A stretch of 63,902 bases of DNA, filler included, from Lenisia limosa (lineage: Eukaryota; Protista; Breviatea): assembly GCA_001655205.1 (NCBI GenBank). It is 6 parts of 6 records of this genome, joined end to end, with 100 filler letters (N's around TTAATTAATTAA, not from the genome) between each part and the next. Parts side by side here need not be neighbours in the genome. Positions count along the whole stretch, not along the records: positions 14,545 to 33,063 come from LPNZ01006985.1; 5 more parts are not named here. The stretch is one strand, 5' to 3'. The notes beneath the pieces were generated by a model. It saw only the letters and a list, made by a program, of their open reading frames with translations. It did no database searches and was not told where the DNA came from. The position numbers were made by a program, and so were the translations under genes. Within the stretch, counting starts at the first letter, position 1; every line of letters starts with the position of its first letter. Positions 15,122-28,838 of the stretch are shown here, piece by piece.

Positions 15122-18100
15122 CTAGAGACCAGAGAATTTCATTTCAGTTGACTCAACTGTTTGTCGTTGCCGAAGCAGCTTGAACCCACCTGGACCAAGC
15201 GATATAATAACTAGGGCTCCGTGCAATTAATTGCCGAATTTGAAGTGCGACATTGTTATGGGAACTTTAGACACTTTAATTTCATTTTTTGTCAATTAAT
15301 GCACGAAGCTCTAATAATAATCACAGTCGGAACACCACAAACTACCACCAACCAGAGCAAGAGAACAAAGACAGTAAAAGGTAACTTGGATGAGCATTCA
15401 TTAACTTCAACCAGAAAAACCACTTTTACCAAAAGAACAAGGTAAAACTTGCTCAGAATATCGACACATGTCTATCGAAGTAATATATATCATATATATA
15501 TATATATATATCGATATTGAAATAGTACAAAATAATAACTAATAAAGACATCTGCAATTACTCTGTGAGCACGGCTGCCATTTTGAACCCGGGATACAGG
15601 GCTAAAATCGGTTTTGAGGTGGTCATCACTAGATAGACCTGAATGGTGAGTGATAGATCTTGGGTGCAAGAATCTAGTCGTCAGCATTATCACGGATATT
15701 TTTAGAACCGAAAGAGGTGCTCGGGGCTGTACTTAAGTTAAAATATGGCATAACACGCCCTTCAATGGCTTTCCCCTACCCACCGAGGTGGAAGTGTGGC
15801 TAGCCCTACACACACCATCAGGATCAGTACTGATTCCAAACACCCTGGTGGCACTGCATTCTGTGTGGGTGGAGTAAAAAAGAAAATTGTTAAAAGAAGA
15901 ACTTACGAAACAAAAAAAAGCTCCAATGGGACATTCAAGAATTCACTATCAACATAAACACAACCCACCTCCATGAAAGAGGAAATTTGAGTGAATTCCC
16001 GCAACAACTTTGTCCACCTTTTTCCCGGTGTCACAGCCGGCGTTGACTCTGGCCTGCGAATAATAAGAAAAGGGAACTCTAGATATGAGGTAAATTATTT
16101 TCACGCTTCAGAAATATCAGGATATTCATCTCAATTTGAATAATATGAGATAAGAATTAAAACTTGAAAACCCGTGAAAATTCTTCAAAAGGGAAGGTTA
16201 CTCATCCTCCTACAGTGATGTCAACCTGGAATGTGAGATCACTACAGTTGTCGTTTTATGTGTTTTTAATAGACAGAGTACAAAAATATAGAAGTGGACA
16301 GAATATTTTCATGAATGGTGCTCCAAAGTCACAGTCACCCTTATGTTTATGTTTATTGCGAAATCCCCTCAAACTGGCACACTGCTTTTCCCAGTAATTC
16401 CAGGAATAAGACTTGAGCCTGAGCCTGAGCACATCCATAAGTCACCAGATGCTGGAGCGGTGAACTTTGTCAGGTTTACAATCTTGGGATTTATGCATTA
16501 ATTATTTAAACAAATAGCCAAATATCATCCAAGCATACTGGTTGTGAAGATGCAACCCCCATAGGAATTGCAGTGCACAGAGGCGGTCACACCTTGAAGT
16601 TTCGAGTGGGCCTAATTGTCAAAATATTCAAATACATCGTATAATTTACGAAAGTTTGTCATATGAAATGATGTTTATTTGTTTATTCAGATAGTATTCT
16701 ATTTACACAACAATCATGTAAACTAATAAAACTCCAACCCACGTAAGATCGTGCAATATTATTGAATATGATATGGTATGATATCATTCGAAATTTGGAC
16801 CAGTGTGAAATGTAACTATTGACACTTATTGTGAAGAATGCGAAAATTGCTTATCTAAGCATATTACATTGGGGGTATTGTCTTCAGATTCCAGCTGGGT
16901 TTCTCCTACCTCGGTAAAAAAGGCCGAAGTAGTTGCCAAACAACCGTGCTCCTTTCTACTGGTGTCTATGGTTCGGGTGTAGGTTTTACCATTATCTGTG
17001 CTTGCATTAGAACATAAAGCTCGTGTTTTATTGACAACGGTCCATATACATAATACATAACGACAATATATACTCTGAATTCCAAAATATGAGGATGGAT
17101 GCAGTAGAAGCAACATTTACATACCAAATACAAGCACTGAATAGTAACCAGACAGATAGCGACTGACAATTGTTCCTGTCTAAATATTATATAAGAACGA
17201 ATTTTGATGAAAACCAAGGCTATGAATACGATATTAGAGTTCATAAATAAGGTGTTCATATAATATACTAATACATGTATATAGATATATTACACATAGT
17301 ATATGGAAAACAACACAAACCCCCAATACCTCTCCAGAAACAGACAGATCCACAAGTTGGCCAGTCAAATTCTCAACAGTGTCTGTCCGAAGTCCCTTTG
17401 CGGAATTGATCCCAGCAGCGTAGAATGTTCCGTCATCTGTGTTTTGAAAACTTGTATTTTGAACGTATTTCATCCAAGTATGAAAAAAGGGGAATAGGAA
17501 AAGTCCTGGCTGATATCCAACTCTCTTAGTTACCATATGTGCACAAAGAAGCAAAGACATTTACTTCACTTTGGAATGACTGTGGAAAGCAAACCAAGTT
17601 CGACCACCGTGTTGAAATAATGCCCTTCAATGGCAATTGCGGTTCTTCCGGCTGGTAATTGGGCCTAAATCATAAGCTACGAATTAAGAGTAAAGGTAAA
17701 AATAACACTATCATCCATACACCACACACTGAACAAAAATTCCTATGTTCAGAGGGAAATAAGCCTTACACACCATATCTTCAACACTATGTATTGAGGT
17801 GAACCGTAGAAAAAAACCATTGGAATGTAGGTAATAACTCGAGGGAAAATAATCAAGCAATCATAAAGAAGAAAAGAAAAAAAAAGAATACTTAATAGAG
17901 AAGCTTCACAATGCTTGACGGTGATACTATAACAGTTACTTACTGAAACACAAGATTATAAGATTAGTGCTTCACTTCTGCCTGATAATATGACTGAAAG
18001 ACAAATATATGATTGTTACCCGTGTTGTTCCAAATGAAACCTTAATACACTTGTTAAATTTTTAAAACAGATGACGTTACCGAAACCTTGTGTACGTTAA

Positions 18101-21100
18101 CAACACCCACCTCTCCTGGAACTCCACTCTCTCCAGCAAGATAAGTTCTCATCAGCTGCAGATTCGCGTCGTACCCCCAAGTAAATACCTTCTGTGATGC
18201 TAAAATGTTATACTATATTAGATTATTGTTAATATGTACTCGCCCAATCATTTTTCCAATTCGAAATAGTAATACTGTATTATGCGCTGATGTACTATTT
18301 CCACATCCAGCATACCATTAGTAAAAATTCTACAACAATTATGATAATCAAGGGGTAACAGCTCAAACTTGAAAATAACATCTTTCATACCAGTCAGAAT
18401 AATGCCATGATAAGAGCCGGTTTTGAAATCAGAGATAACCTCTCCCAGAAGAGCGAAATCTTGAACAAGATGGGGGGTAGACGTGTATGCCGTATTGTCG
18501 CTATTGTGCTAGGAATGTTAAATTTCAATGGAAAAGGACAGATTACACATTCGTAATAAAAGCCAAAAAATATTACGTATAGGATTGGATTCAACAAAAT
18601 ATGGGTAAATAAGCCAACAAAATACAAATAAGGATTCGAAGGGTTTTCAAGAAACCAGCCCTTTCGATTCCTAAGATTAATCCCAAGGTCACAGCACACA
18701 GATAGTTTCAACTCGGGCTTGAGAAAGGGGCTTCTTGAAAAAACCTCAATCATACCAATATCATTCTGTTGAGTATTGTATTGCAAATATACTGTTTGTA
18801 TATCATATGCATACCATATTGTATACTATGTCTGTATTATCCCGACACAATACATCTACATTTATACTAACGATTCCTTTCCATTTTGGGGATGTGGAAA
18901 ATCCTTGCAATTTACTGTAGATGATACCCCATACCTGTTTGGCGTTGTTGATGCCGACACATTTCACCTTATTGTCTAAATGGTCATTGAACAACATTCC
19001 TTCAAATAACTCTCTCAAATGTACTGAGTTTTTTTGTCGATATTATAGCATTTTGGGTTGACCAAATGTAAATAAGAAATAATATGTATAGCAATAGAGT
19101 CATGCACATCATATGCATTTTACATGAACATTTCCTGATAACTCCTTGATAACGATCAGTATTTTTAGAACATAAGGAAGTCTTATAATTGGCAAACCAA
19201 GAGTAGCAACACAAAGACCGTAAACCATTGTTGACGCAAGAGTGACCTAAAATGATTACAACAATGACTCCATTTAAGCCCAGGTCAAAGGAAGGTCTTT
19301 CATTCTAGAAAAACACCTCCTCAGTAACAAATAAGTAAATGAAAAAAAAAACATTGATTATCTTTCGACTACTACTAAGATATGTTTTTAAAGATCCCAC
19401 CTTGATTCTATTCACTCCCCAATACCTTATCTTCCCAACCATCAGTAGCAGTAAGCTGGAATGTTGATGGATACCTCACTTCCGTCGAAGATCCCTATAC
19501 GATTAAATCACTGGACTTTTGGCATACGTTAACGAAAGAATCAATACGTACACCGTCTAAGTGTTACTTCTGTGTGTTTCAAAAAGGATTAATGCAGGAA
19601 ATTGTTGACAACACTATCTCATATCAGGATGATTCTCTTCCGATCTGAAGTTAATCCTGCCTGATCTTGCAATACATCAAAATTTTTCTATGATAAATCA
19701 ATACTAATTTTGTTAATGTCGATTTAAAAATAAATGTATTTGATAAAAGCTAGAAAAAGCCTGCGCAGTCCATTTTGTTCTTCTTAGACAGTCCCGTAAG
19801 AGAAGATGCGAGTTGCAATGTTGTTATACAATCATATCCCAAAAAGAATAAAGGGTCGAGATTCTCAATGATTTCACAAAAGAGAAGCTCAAGTATCATA
19901 CCGTGCCAGTCGTTTGATAGTAGTCGTTGGAGCCGCATGTAAATAATGGTCCCACTAAAACGCAGGTAAAGGTTACTACACCAAGTCAAAATGGCATTCA
20001 ATAAAAAATCCCATTTAGCGGTTAGATAACCTGCATCCACCAGACTGACGAGAGTTGGTAATACCGTATTTTTTTCAAGGTAAAGTCGTTTGTAATTAGG
20101 ATATGACTGAAATCATTATTAACGTACATGTGTCATTTTGAGTATTGAGAGATGTTTAAGTTCACACCCCAAAAAAGTAGACTTAAAACACAATGAAAAT
20201 AACATATTATTTATTAATACCCCCCCCCCCTACTGTCAATGCAAATGGGATCTCCAACAAACGACTTAGTTTCCATGCATGTCTACATGGTCAAATATAC
20301 CACAAAAACGACTGATTCTGTATCACAAGCGTATAAGCATGAACACATTGTTATTTGTGATGATACTATTGATCGATTAGATATAATACACCAGCTCAAC
20401 TATCTGCGTAAAGTGTATGAAAATAGGGTATCACATGCTGCTTGACCCATTAATATATTCCCACAAATTTGCTATTTAACAACTTCAACTACAAATTCAT
20501 TGGTAACCAACCTGTCGAACATTTATCAAATCTACTTGTAACACCACCAGTCATTGCCCTTCAAACAAGCCTTAGCACGAATATCATTTTTTCACATAGC
20601 ACATGTATTTGGGGTCGAAAGTGAACTCATAATCCTGCCTGGTGTTACACCCCTCATAATCCTACCTGGTGCTGTGGAGTCGCGCTTCCGGGGCAGGTAA
20701 ATGAACAAACAGTACCATAATCGTAACTCGCGCCTTATATGTTATTAATGTTTGCAAAATATAGCATATTCAAAATAGCACACGGAATTAATATCACACA
20801 CAAAAAAAATACTCAATAATTATTGACAATTTATCGAAAAATTCAGCAAGATTTTCATAGCGAAGTGAAACCCCAATAATATGCCAATGACAAACCTGTC
20901 GTGCAGTTAGACGTCTCAGTAGTTGCAACAAAATTGGACTGACACTGAACTAAAGCATCAGAACGGTCCTCAAACACAAGATTGAGTTCACTTTATAAGA
21001 AAAAAAATTGTATTTAGAAGAAGAAAAAACGTTGAATCGAATCACCCAAGCCAATATGGGGCTGACTGTCTAAAATGAACAATCTTATCTGGAATAATAA

Positions 21101-22614
21101 CCACCCTTGACTGTTTGATGATTATGCCAAGAACTACGATAATTACCTGGTACGCAAGATGGCGCAGACGCCCATCCCGATTCAAACGAACAGTCCACAC
21201 CGGATTTGGCGGTGTACAGCATTTCGTATCCCACGGGGCAGGAACCCTGGGGCTATCAACAAAAAACCTTATGACACACTTCAAAAAAACTCTGTTGGTT
21301 TGACAAACACACGAACGGGAGGGAAAAGTGTATAAAATAAGAGGAATATGAGTCATCAGATTTCTGAAGCTGAATTCCCGAAAATCTTCGACACCATGAA
21401 GATGTAGTTCTGACTATTAGACCCCCCTCCCCCCCTCACCTCGACGGTAAAGTCGGCCTGGCTTCCCGTGGATGTGCGTTTGACGTTGGACAGCGAAACT
21501 GTCACCCCAGCTGGGACATCCGGACCAACCATGCAACGCACCACTGGGAAGTAAAAAAACATAGAACAAAATGAGACAGATACATACTTAATAATATATC
21601 TTATCATATATCACATGTTATTTTAAATCTGGAGTATTTATTGTGCGATAAAGCTGAGTCTTTCATCGCTACATAATAAAGTTTTCAATGAATACGTGTT
21701 CCTCTGTGGATCAATAGTCATAACCGGCATACTCCATATATAATCATATCACTTTTTGGATCATTTTCACACGTGTGAACTATTATTTTCCACACTGATC
21801 TGATACCTCCTTTCCAATCGTATAAAAAGTCTCAAAGATACTCTGATACACTCGGGATGAACCCTTGTGTTATCTTCGTCCATCATTTCGATTTGAAAGT
21901 CGGCCATATGATCATATCACTCACTAGTAGATAAGGGTTAACATAAAACCCCCAACTTCCATAAGTAGCCGCATGATAGGCTTCCGTGGGGGTATCCAAT
22001 TGGAACTGTACACCTCCAGTAGATCCGACTCTAAAAAAGTGAACTTCATATGTAGGAGACATAAGAGAAAACCCAAGGAATCAAATCTCCTCCTAGGAGC
22101 TTACTATGACAATACCTTCCTATTTTTATTTGTCAACATAATCTCGGAGTATATACATTTACTTTACTCCAAGACATAACCCAACCTCCCGTTCCTCTTG
22201 ATTCACTTCCATGAATCTAAGAACAACTCACAACTCACAACATTACAAAGGATTGGGAGGGGAAGAAAGACCTAGCTTACTTAGCTGGAAGACATGCTCC
22301 TAGATACGCAAAAAAGCTTATATAAAGGACTAGGAACCATAGCTGCTGCCAGAAGTGAGGCATAGCTGTTCACTTCGGCAATTCGTCAGCAACAAATCGG
22401 ATATAGCTTAGCGTTATTGATATAATATCAGTAATGAACACTATTTTTTACCACAAACTCCAAGATTACAAACAACAGTTCTGTCTGTCTGGTCGGAACA
22501 AAAGAAAAGTTTCTGGTTTTCTTTTTTTCTTTTTTTTGCACATCCCCACCCAGTCCCCCACCCTCCCCCGAAACACAGGAAATCGGAAACAAACACCACC
22601 AAAGTGATCCCCAT
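15122..22614 (-). CDS. Putative secreted protein, Sushi/CCP-like Cys modules followed by RCC1-like repeats (paralog 1); 3' end approximate
   Basis: Hydrophobic start MGITLVVFVSDFLCFG (ATG 22614). Exons GSTGGVQFQLDTPTEAYHAATYG, GSCPVGYEMLYTAKSGVDCSFESGWASAPSCVP, YDYGTVCSFTCPG, DNKVKCVGINNAKQ, DFALLGEVISDFKTGSYHGIILT, QKVFTWGYDANLQLMRT and GTFYAAGINS, each bounded by AG/GT. Exon-by-exon similar to the gene at 28839. Confidence 0.6.
15212..15313. mobile_element. hAT-like MITE family B copy
   Basis: tagggctccgtgcaattaattg..caattaatgcacgaagctcta, with TSD ataataac/ataataat. Relatives lie near 13625, 32122 and 56335. Confidence 0.8.
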
Positions 22615-22774
22615 AAACTTTCTTTTCAAATTCGATCCCTCAAAAACAGAATAAATAACTGCACAAAATAATATATATTAATAACTTGAAATCACACATA
22701 AAACATGATAAAACATGATAAATGGACTGAGTACGACTTGATCTTCACTGAAAGAGGCAGAGGTAGGCACTATC

Positions 22775-25700
22775 TCAATGTATTCCAGAACTTTCAATGG
22801 AGAATGTTGCGGAAGAGTTGATACCCTAATGTCATGAGAGAGAAAATATAGGGGGGAAATACAGGTGGTGGGGAAGTATGACAAAAATGTATATAATTAG
22901 AACTTTTTCTGCTTAGGTGAAATAGCTTCAAACAATTAGAGGTGCCTCATGATATAATACACGCTATGTTGGGCATGTACGGTATGCCAACGGCAAATAT
23001 GAATGTATGTAATATAATGTACTTATCATATGCATAATATTTTGCATTCGCCCTAGGGCTTCGCTTCGGCTCAAAAAAACTAGGTAAAATATCGGTAGTT
23101 TTCAAGGATTTATCAAGAAATTCAGACCACTCTGACCCACCTTTCCCTTCAATATTGTGGCAACTCTCTTATCTCCTGCGAAAATGAGAAGGATAGAAAA
23201 GGGGACTATTAGAAAAAAGTACAGAATATGCTGTATTGGGGAAACTATGCAGTCATCGTCAATAACAAAGATTGATAGTCAGTAAATATTATATGATATT
23301 GGGAAAAATGAATCAAAACTAGGGTGACTCCCTCTATAGAAAATGGGGCTCATCTAAAAAGGGGGTGGTAGCGGCTGTAGTTAAAAAAAAAATGGTAAAA
23401 GTGGTATTTTTATGAACAAAATTAAAAAATAAAAGACTAATTTTAGTATATACAGACGTTTAAAGAGCCACCCCAATTACAGACAAGCCGGAAAATGACC
23501 ATCGTTGGGTTTTCCAAGAACAGCCATTCAAAGTAAATATATAATTAACACAATAGCTCGCACGATACACATGTATTTACCGTCCCACCTTCGGATTTCT
23601 CGAGAAGTATTCGCGTAGACGCAAAAGAGGCCCATACATCACCCATTCCTGGCTTTTTGCCACTAACTGAATTGGTTGTCTNNNNNNNNNNNNNNNNNNN
23701 NNNNNNNNNNNNNNNNNNNNNNNNNNNNNNNNNNNNNNNNNNNNNNNNNNNNNNNNNNNNNNNNNNNNNNNNNNNNNNNNNNNNNNNNNNNNNNNNNNNN
23801 NNNNNNNNNNNNNNNNNNNNNNNNNNNNNNNNNATTAGCCCCAAATTGTCCGTGTTTATAAGGATAATGATGACTTTTATAAAAAAAACTCACAAGTGAA
23901 GGCAACCCTTGGTGTTATCAGTGCATACCAAAACAAGCGTGTCGTATTTTGACGCGAGGGTCATGAGGGCGATTCCGACTTGGCTTGTTAAGCTGTAGCC
24001 TAAATGGTTATCTACACACTATTTAGCCAAATTATATACCAGTATATCAACGGAATTTCATTGAAAAAAAATTTGCACCTCATCCTCCAAATCGATAAAT
24101 CTTGAGAAGTTTTGATTAACGTAAATAAAAGGTTGTAAAATGATAAAGCTCTTTAACTAACATGGAGATATCCATGATAATTTTGTGATTTGGAATCTGG
24201 GGATTTCTGAGAACAAGCTTACCCAGTTTGGTTCCTAATTGAGATCTAAGAAGTGGGCAGACACTGTCAACAACAATGACACTAGGCGTCCAAGGTCGAA
24301 ACTGTATATAAGTAAGTTTTTAAGGATTAGATTATTTGTTCAAATTAGATTTACTTTCCAATGATTGAGAAAACAAAATCCCTATCAGGCTCAAAAAAAG
24401 TTTCAACAATACGCCCAATATTTCAAAATCCTACGCCCAACTCCCTCCACTCAGCACAATAAAAACAAGTAAATCAACAGCGCCCACTCCGGAAGATTCC
24501 GCGAAATACGCATTAGCCATGTTCTCGAGGGTGTCAAGAAGATCCTGGGGAGACTGCGGATGAACTGCGTGGAGCTAAGGGAGGTGGTAATGGATTGAAT
24601 GATTGTGCGAAAATAAGATAGGTTTGTCCATTCCAGACTTTTACAAATACTCAATTTACTATTGAATGCTCAAAAACACTGGAAATTATTATGTTATTCT
24701 GCTGAACAACTGCCAATTAACTATCATGTCAATTGAAAAGTTGCGCAACATTCATAATAAGTGATTAAAAGTATATGATATATTTATGTCTGTAATATGT
24801 CCGACTTTGGAGGCGAAATAATAAACCACTAGCACCAAGAGTTACTGGTTAATATTGAAGAGTTCATAACAGTTCTCAAAAAGCAGTAGCATTTAGTTTC
24901 AAAAACATGTAACATTATACCCCTTTCCAACTCCAACATTATTCAACGACTTGATGTTGACTATTTCCTGAACGAGTAAACTGGGATCGATTCGGAAAAT
25001 CGGAGGAAGTAAGATGGTTTGAAAAAAAAATACACTATCATCCCCCCCCACCTCGCCAGTTTTCAACTTAATGAGCTCATTAAGCCGCGGCACGGGAAAT
25101 GGCGATGATGACACCCAAAAAACATGCTTGTTCTTCATCATTGCTATCGCTGCAATCTNNNNNNNNNNNNNNNNNNNNNNNNNNNNNNNNNNNNNNNNNN
25201 NNNNNNNNNNNNNNNNNNNNNNNNNNNNNNNNNNNNNNNNNNNNNNNNNNNNNNNNNNNNNNNNNNNNNNNNNNNNNNNNNNNNNNNNNNNNNNNNNNNN
25301 NNNNNNNNNNNNNNNNNNNNNNNNNNNNNNNNNACATTCTCCTTAAATCGCAACAACTCCCTGGCTACCTCAAGGCAAATTTGGGTTTTGCCAGTCGAGG
25401 CACTTCCACACTGATGGTCAGGGGAGTAACATACAGAAAAGATGACTGAAGCAATACTGGTGTATAGGGCTTCACTACGGTTTAAAAAAGACTGAATTTC
25501 TCGATAAATCTCGAATACTATCGATATTTTACCGGTATTTTTCGATCCAAAGTGATGTGTACGAATAAGAAAAACAAAGTTATAAACAGAGATAATGTCA
25601 CTTACATTCGAAGAAAAAAGAAATCCCTTTTGGAGTGTCTCTATGTTGCCTGAGACCTGCATACATGATCGCCCTCCCCCTCCCACAAATTCAACAAGGT

Positions 25701-26588
25701 TACCGCTCTGGAGAGACGCACCAAAGAGCTCTTCTAATCTAGCAACATAAGCCAATCTAGTACTGAACTAAAAACAACATAAGTCAGGCTTGGATAATGT
25801 AAGCGTGTAAGCGTAATCTCTTTATGCTACAATTCTGAAGAGGAAATACTTGAATTTAACATAATGCGTGAAGTCACTAAACCCACTGATTTTGTCCAAT
25901 TACAATGCCTATTTCACAAGAGAAGCGCACCCACTTACGGTGCAGAGCTCATTGGGACGCTGATTCCTCTACTGAGCCGCGACTTCAAGATAAGGTAGGA
26001 GTTAACGGCCCGAGGTTCTATGGCTTGTCGAATATGTCTATGAAGATTTTCACAGATCTACAGTGGTCAAGATAAGTCTATTCTTCTTTCAGCGCCATTT
26101 CCCCAAATAACAACGAACTTTCCTGGGACATAATAACTATTCACCAAATCATAGTACACAACCTTCTTCAAAGGCCCATTAGAAAATGACGAAATAGTGC
26201 TATGATAGCATGTCATTAAGCAAGGAGCTCTAACCCATGTCCTCAAGAGCCACGGTCACTCAATAAATTATTATATAATGAACCATTAGTGGATATTGAA
26301 GTGGAGGAACAAAAATTATGGTAAAGACGATGTGAGTGATATGATATGTTCAAAGGATACTGAAAGGCGGGGAACTTCAGGGGCTTACATGAAGAGCGGC
26401 TTTCGTCTCTTTAGATATCCAAAGTGGTGTTCTATCAAGCGTATGACGGGGGCTGCGGATGGAAGTGTTGGCTGTGAGGTGACGAGCAACCTCGATCTCT
26501 TCCAAAGTCAACAGAGGGAGAACCCCCTTCCACCCAAACCCCGCAACATCATCGTGATTGGTGTTAGGATTCCAATTAAGGTTGGCAT
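22775..26588 (-). CDS. RAD51D: RAD51 paralog D (start approximate)
   Basis: Exons RLEELFGASLQSGNLVEF|CGSASTGKTQICLE (Walker A), AIAMMKNKHVFW, LHAVHPQSPQDLLDTLE, VIVVDSVCPLLR (Walker B), KPGMGDVWASFASTRILLEK (RAD51D-like KPALGRSW...TRILL), KRVATILK and GINSSATFSIESSGIH* (stop 22775-22777). Confidence 0.8.
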
Positions 26589-28170
26589 TTGCCTCGGCTC
26601 GCCTTCCCCGCCTCGAAAGCCGAATCTCATCTCCATCAACCATTTGATTTGAAACTTTCACAATTGACTGCTATCATCACATCATCATTGTCATTTTTTC
26701 ATAATTCGTTATATTAGAATCAGTAGGTTTGTGGGTTAGCGCGGAAATTGAAAATTGTTATTGCTAAATTCAAATTCAATTCACGTTTCTGTCATTGTGC
26801 CATCTCAAATTATGCATGCACAGACGTTAAAAGCCTTCAAATATTCAGTTGATCATTGAAAGGATAATGAAATACATTGATTGATACACTACATTGATTG
26901 AGACAAATCACATAAGACAAAAGGACAATTCTCACTTTAGCACCCAAAACCGGTTGTACACTACTTAAATATACTCGTTCATCGCACCTGAACTGGTTAA
27001 AATTTCTAGAAGATATGCCTTTTCAAAGAATGAATATCGATTCAAAATCAAAACAATGTGAAGATAGTCCGAAAAAAGCCATCTCTCAATAAACCTTCGA
27101 CAATATCGATATTTGAAATCGAAGTAAAACCTGAAAATAACGTGATAGTCTTTTGCTTACATGGCGAGTGGGTGTTTTAACAGGGCTATTTGCTTCGGGT
27201 ACTGGTACTCCCACTAAAATTAGGTGAATCTATGAAAGTCTATGTGAATATTCTGGAAAGTGGTGCTACTGGTGACATTAGATGCCCTTGATATTCCTGC
27301 TCTCATTCATAAAGGTAAGAAGTTGGGCTTTACTTCGGTTCAAAAAAAGACTGAATTTCTCGATAAATCCTCGAAATTTCGAACCGAAGTGAAGCCCAAT
27401 ATAAGAAGTAAACTCAATGTTTGGATTTACAAAGGAAAAAAAAAACTGAAAAGGAAGCATTTCGAAAAAGGATTGGATACAAAAAAAGAGGTTCATTGCC
27501 GCTTTAACCCTTTAATTGGCACCTTAAAGCTAACAAGACTGGTGGCTCAGTGGTTCTACCCCAAGGACCACTCTGCTTTNNNNNNNNNNNNNNNNNNNNN
27601 NNNNNNNNNNNNNNNNNNNNNNNNNNNNNNNNNNNNNNNNNNNNNNNNNNNNNNNNNNNNNNNNNNNNNAAGAGCATACCTATTATTTGCTTCACTTCGG
27701 TTTAAAAAAGACCGGTAAAACATAGACAGTTTCGAGGATATATCGAGAAATTCGGTCTTTTTCGAACCGAAGTGAAGCCCTGCAATACACCCCCCGAAGA
27801 AGATAGTCCCCAAACAACACAGTAATTTCGGCTGAGCTAAATATGAGGCTCACTTGTTTTTGAACTCGTAGATGACCCCTCTATTTTTCTTTTTTTTAAC
27901 TACTGGTTCAAAAAAAAAAGTGGACCTCATATTTGGTTGAGCCGTAATTTCAGCAAGTGAATATAAATCTACAGAATGTACGGGTCCTATCCCGGTCACT
28001 GCATGTACTTACTATATTAGAGCCAATGCTTCCCTCAAACAATTTAGTGGCTTTGGCAAGGGCTTCGATGTCAGCGATTGCACATCCACAGCGGTTAGCC
28101 CAACAACGGTCGTGGGGAGTTTGAGCATTGTGTTTGGATTAATAAATATAAAAATAGCAAAGCAAATTTA

Positions 28171-28248
28171 TTTGAGCCGCACTTTAAAATTACGGTTGAA
28201 GAGATTACAATTTGAGCCGCACTTTAAAATTACGGTTGAGAGATTACA
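28171..28248 (+). repeat. Tandem duplication of about 40 bp
   Basis: ttgagccgcactttaaaattacggttga(a)gagattaca occurs twice. Confidence 0.8.
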
Positions 28249-28838
28249 GCTAGTCAGAAATGCAGGAAATAATGGAAATAATCAATTTAATATGAAATTT
28301 TATCTTCGAAAAAAATTCCGAAATCTATTTCGACAGCTCCCCCCAGCTCCCCCTCGAATTGTTTTATTTTTTTTTCACACCCGTTTTCAGTCCCCGTTAT
28401 AAACTTTAGGAATATATAAAGCAAATCAAAAGAAGTAACAAGAGTCATACACATTCCACAACAGAGGGAAGGAGGTTTCCCCATCTGAACATCTAAGCAA
28501 TCCGGTAAGAGAAGGGGGGAAGCGAGTCTACGGCGTGTTTACCTTATTATTAGAGTCAATACATGTTTTTAATATATTATTTGCATGAAGAACACCGGAG
28601 GATTCCCTCTGTGTTGNNNNNNNNNNNNNNNNNNNNNNNNNNNNNNNNNNNNNNNNNNNNNNNNNNNNNNNNNNNGTAATACCGCCTCTCTCTTCCTCTT
28701 CCTGCCCCTCTTCCAAGAACATTAATATAATGACTATTAAATAAAATATCATCGGATATTTACCACTAGTTCTTGATACATGACATTCACACACAACATT
28801 ATTTATATCAACCCATTCCATTTACAGAAGACCCAGGT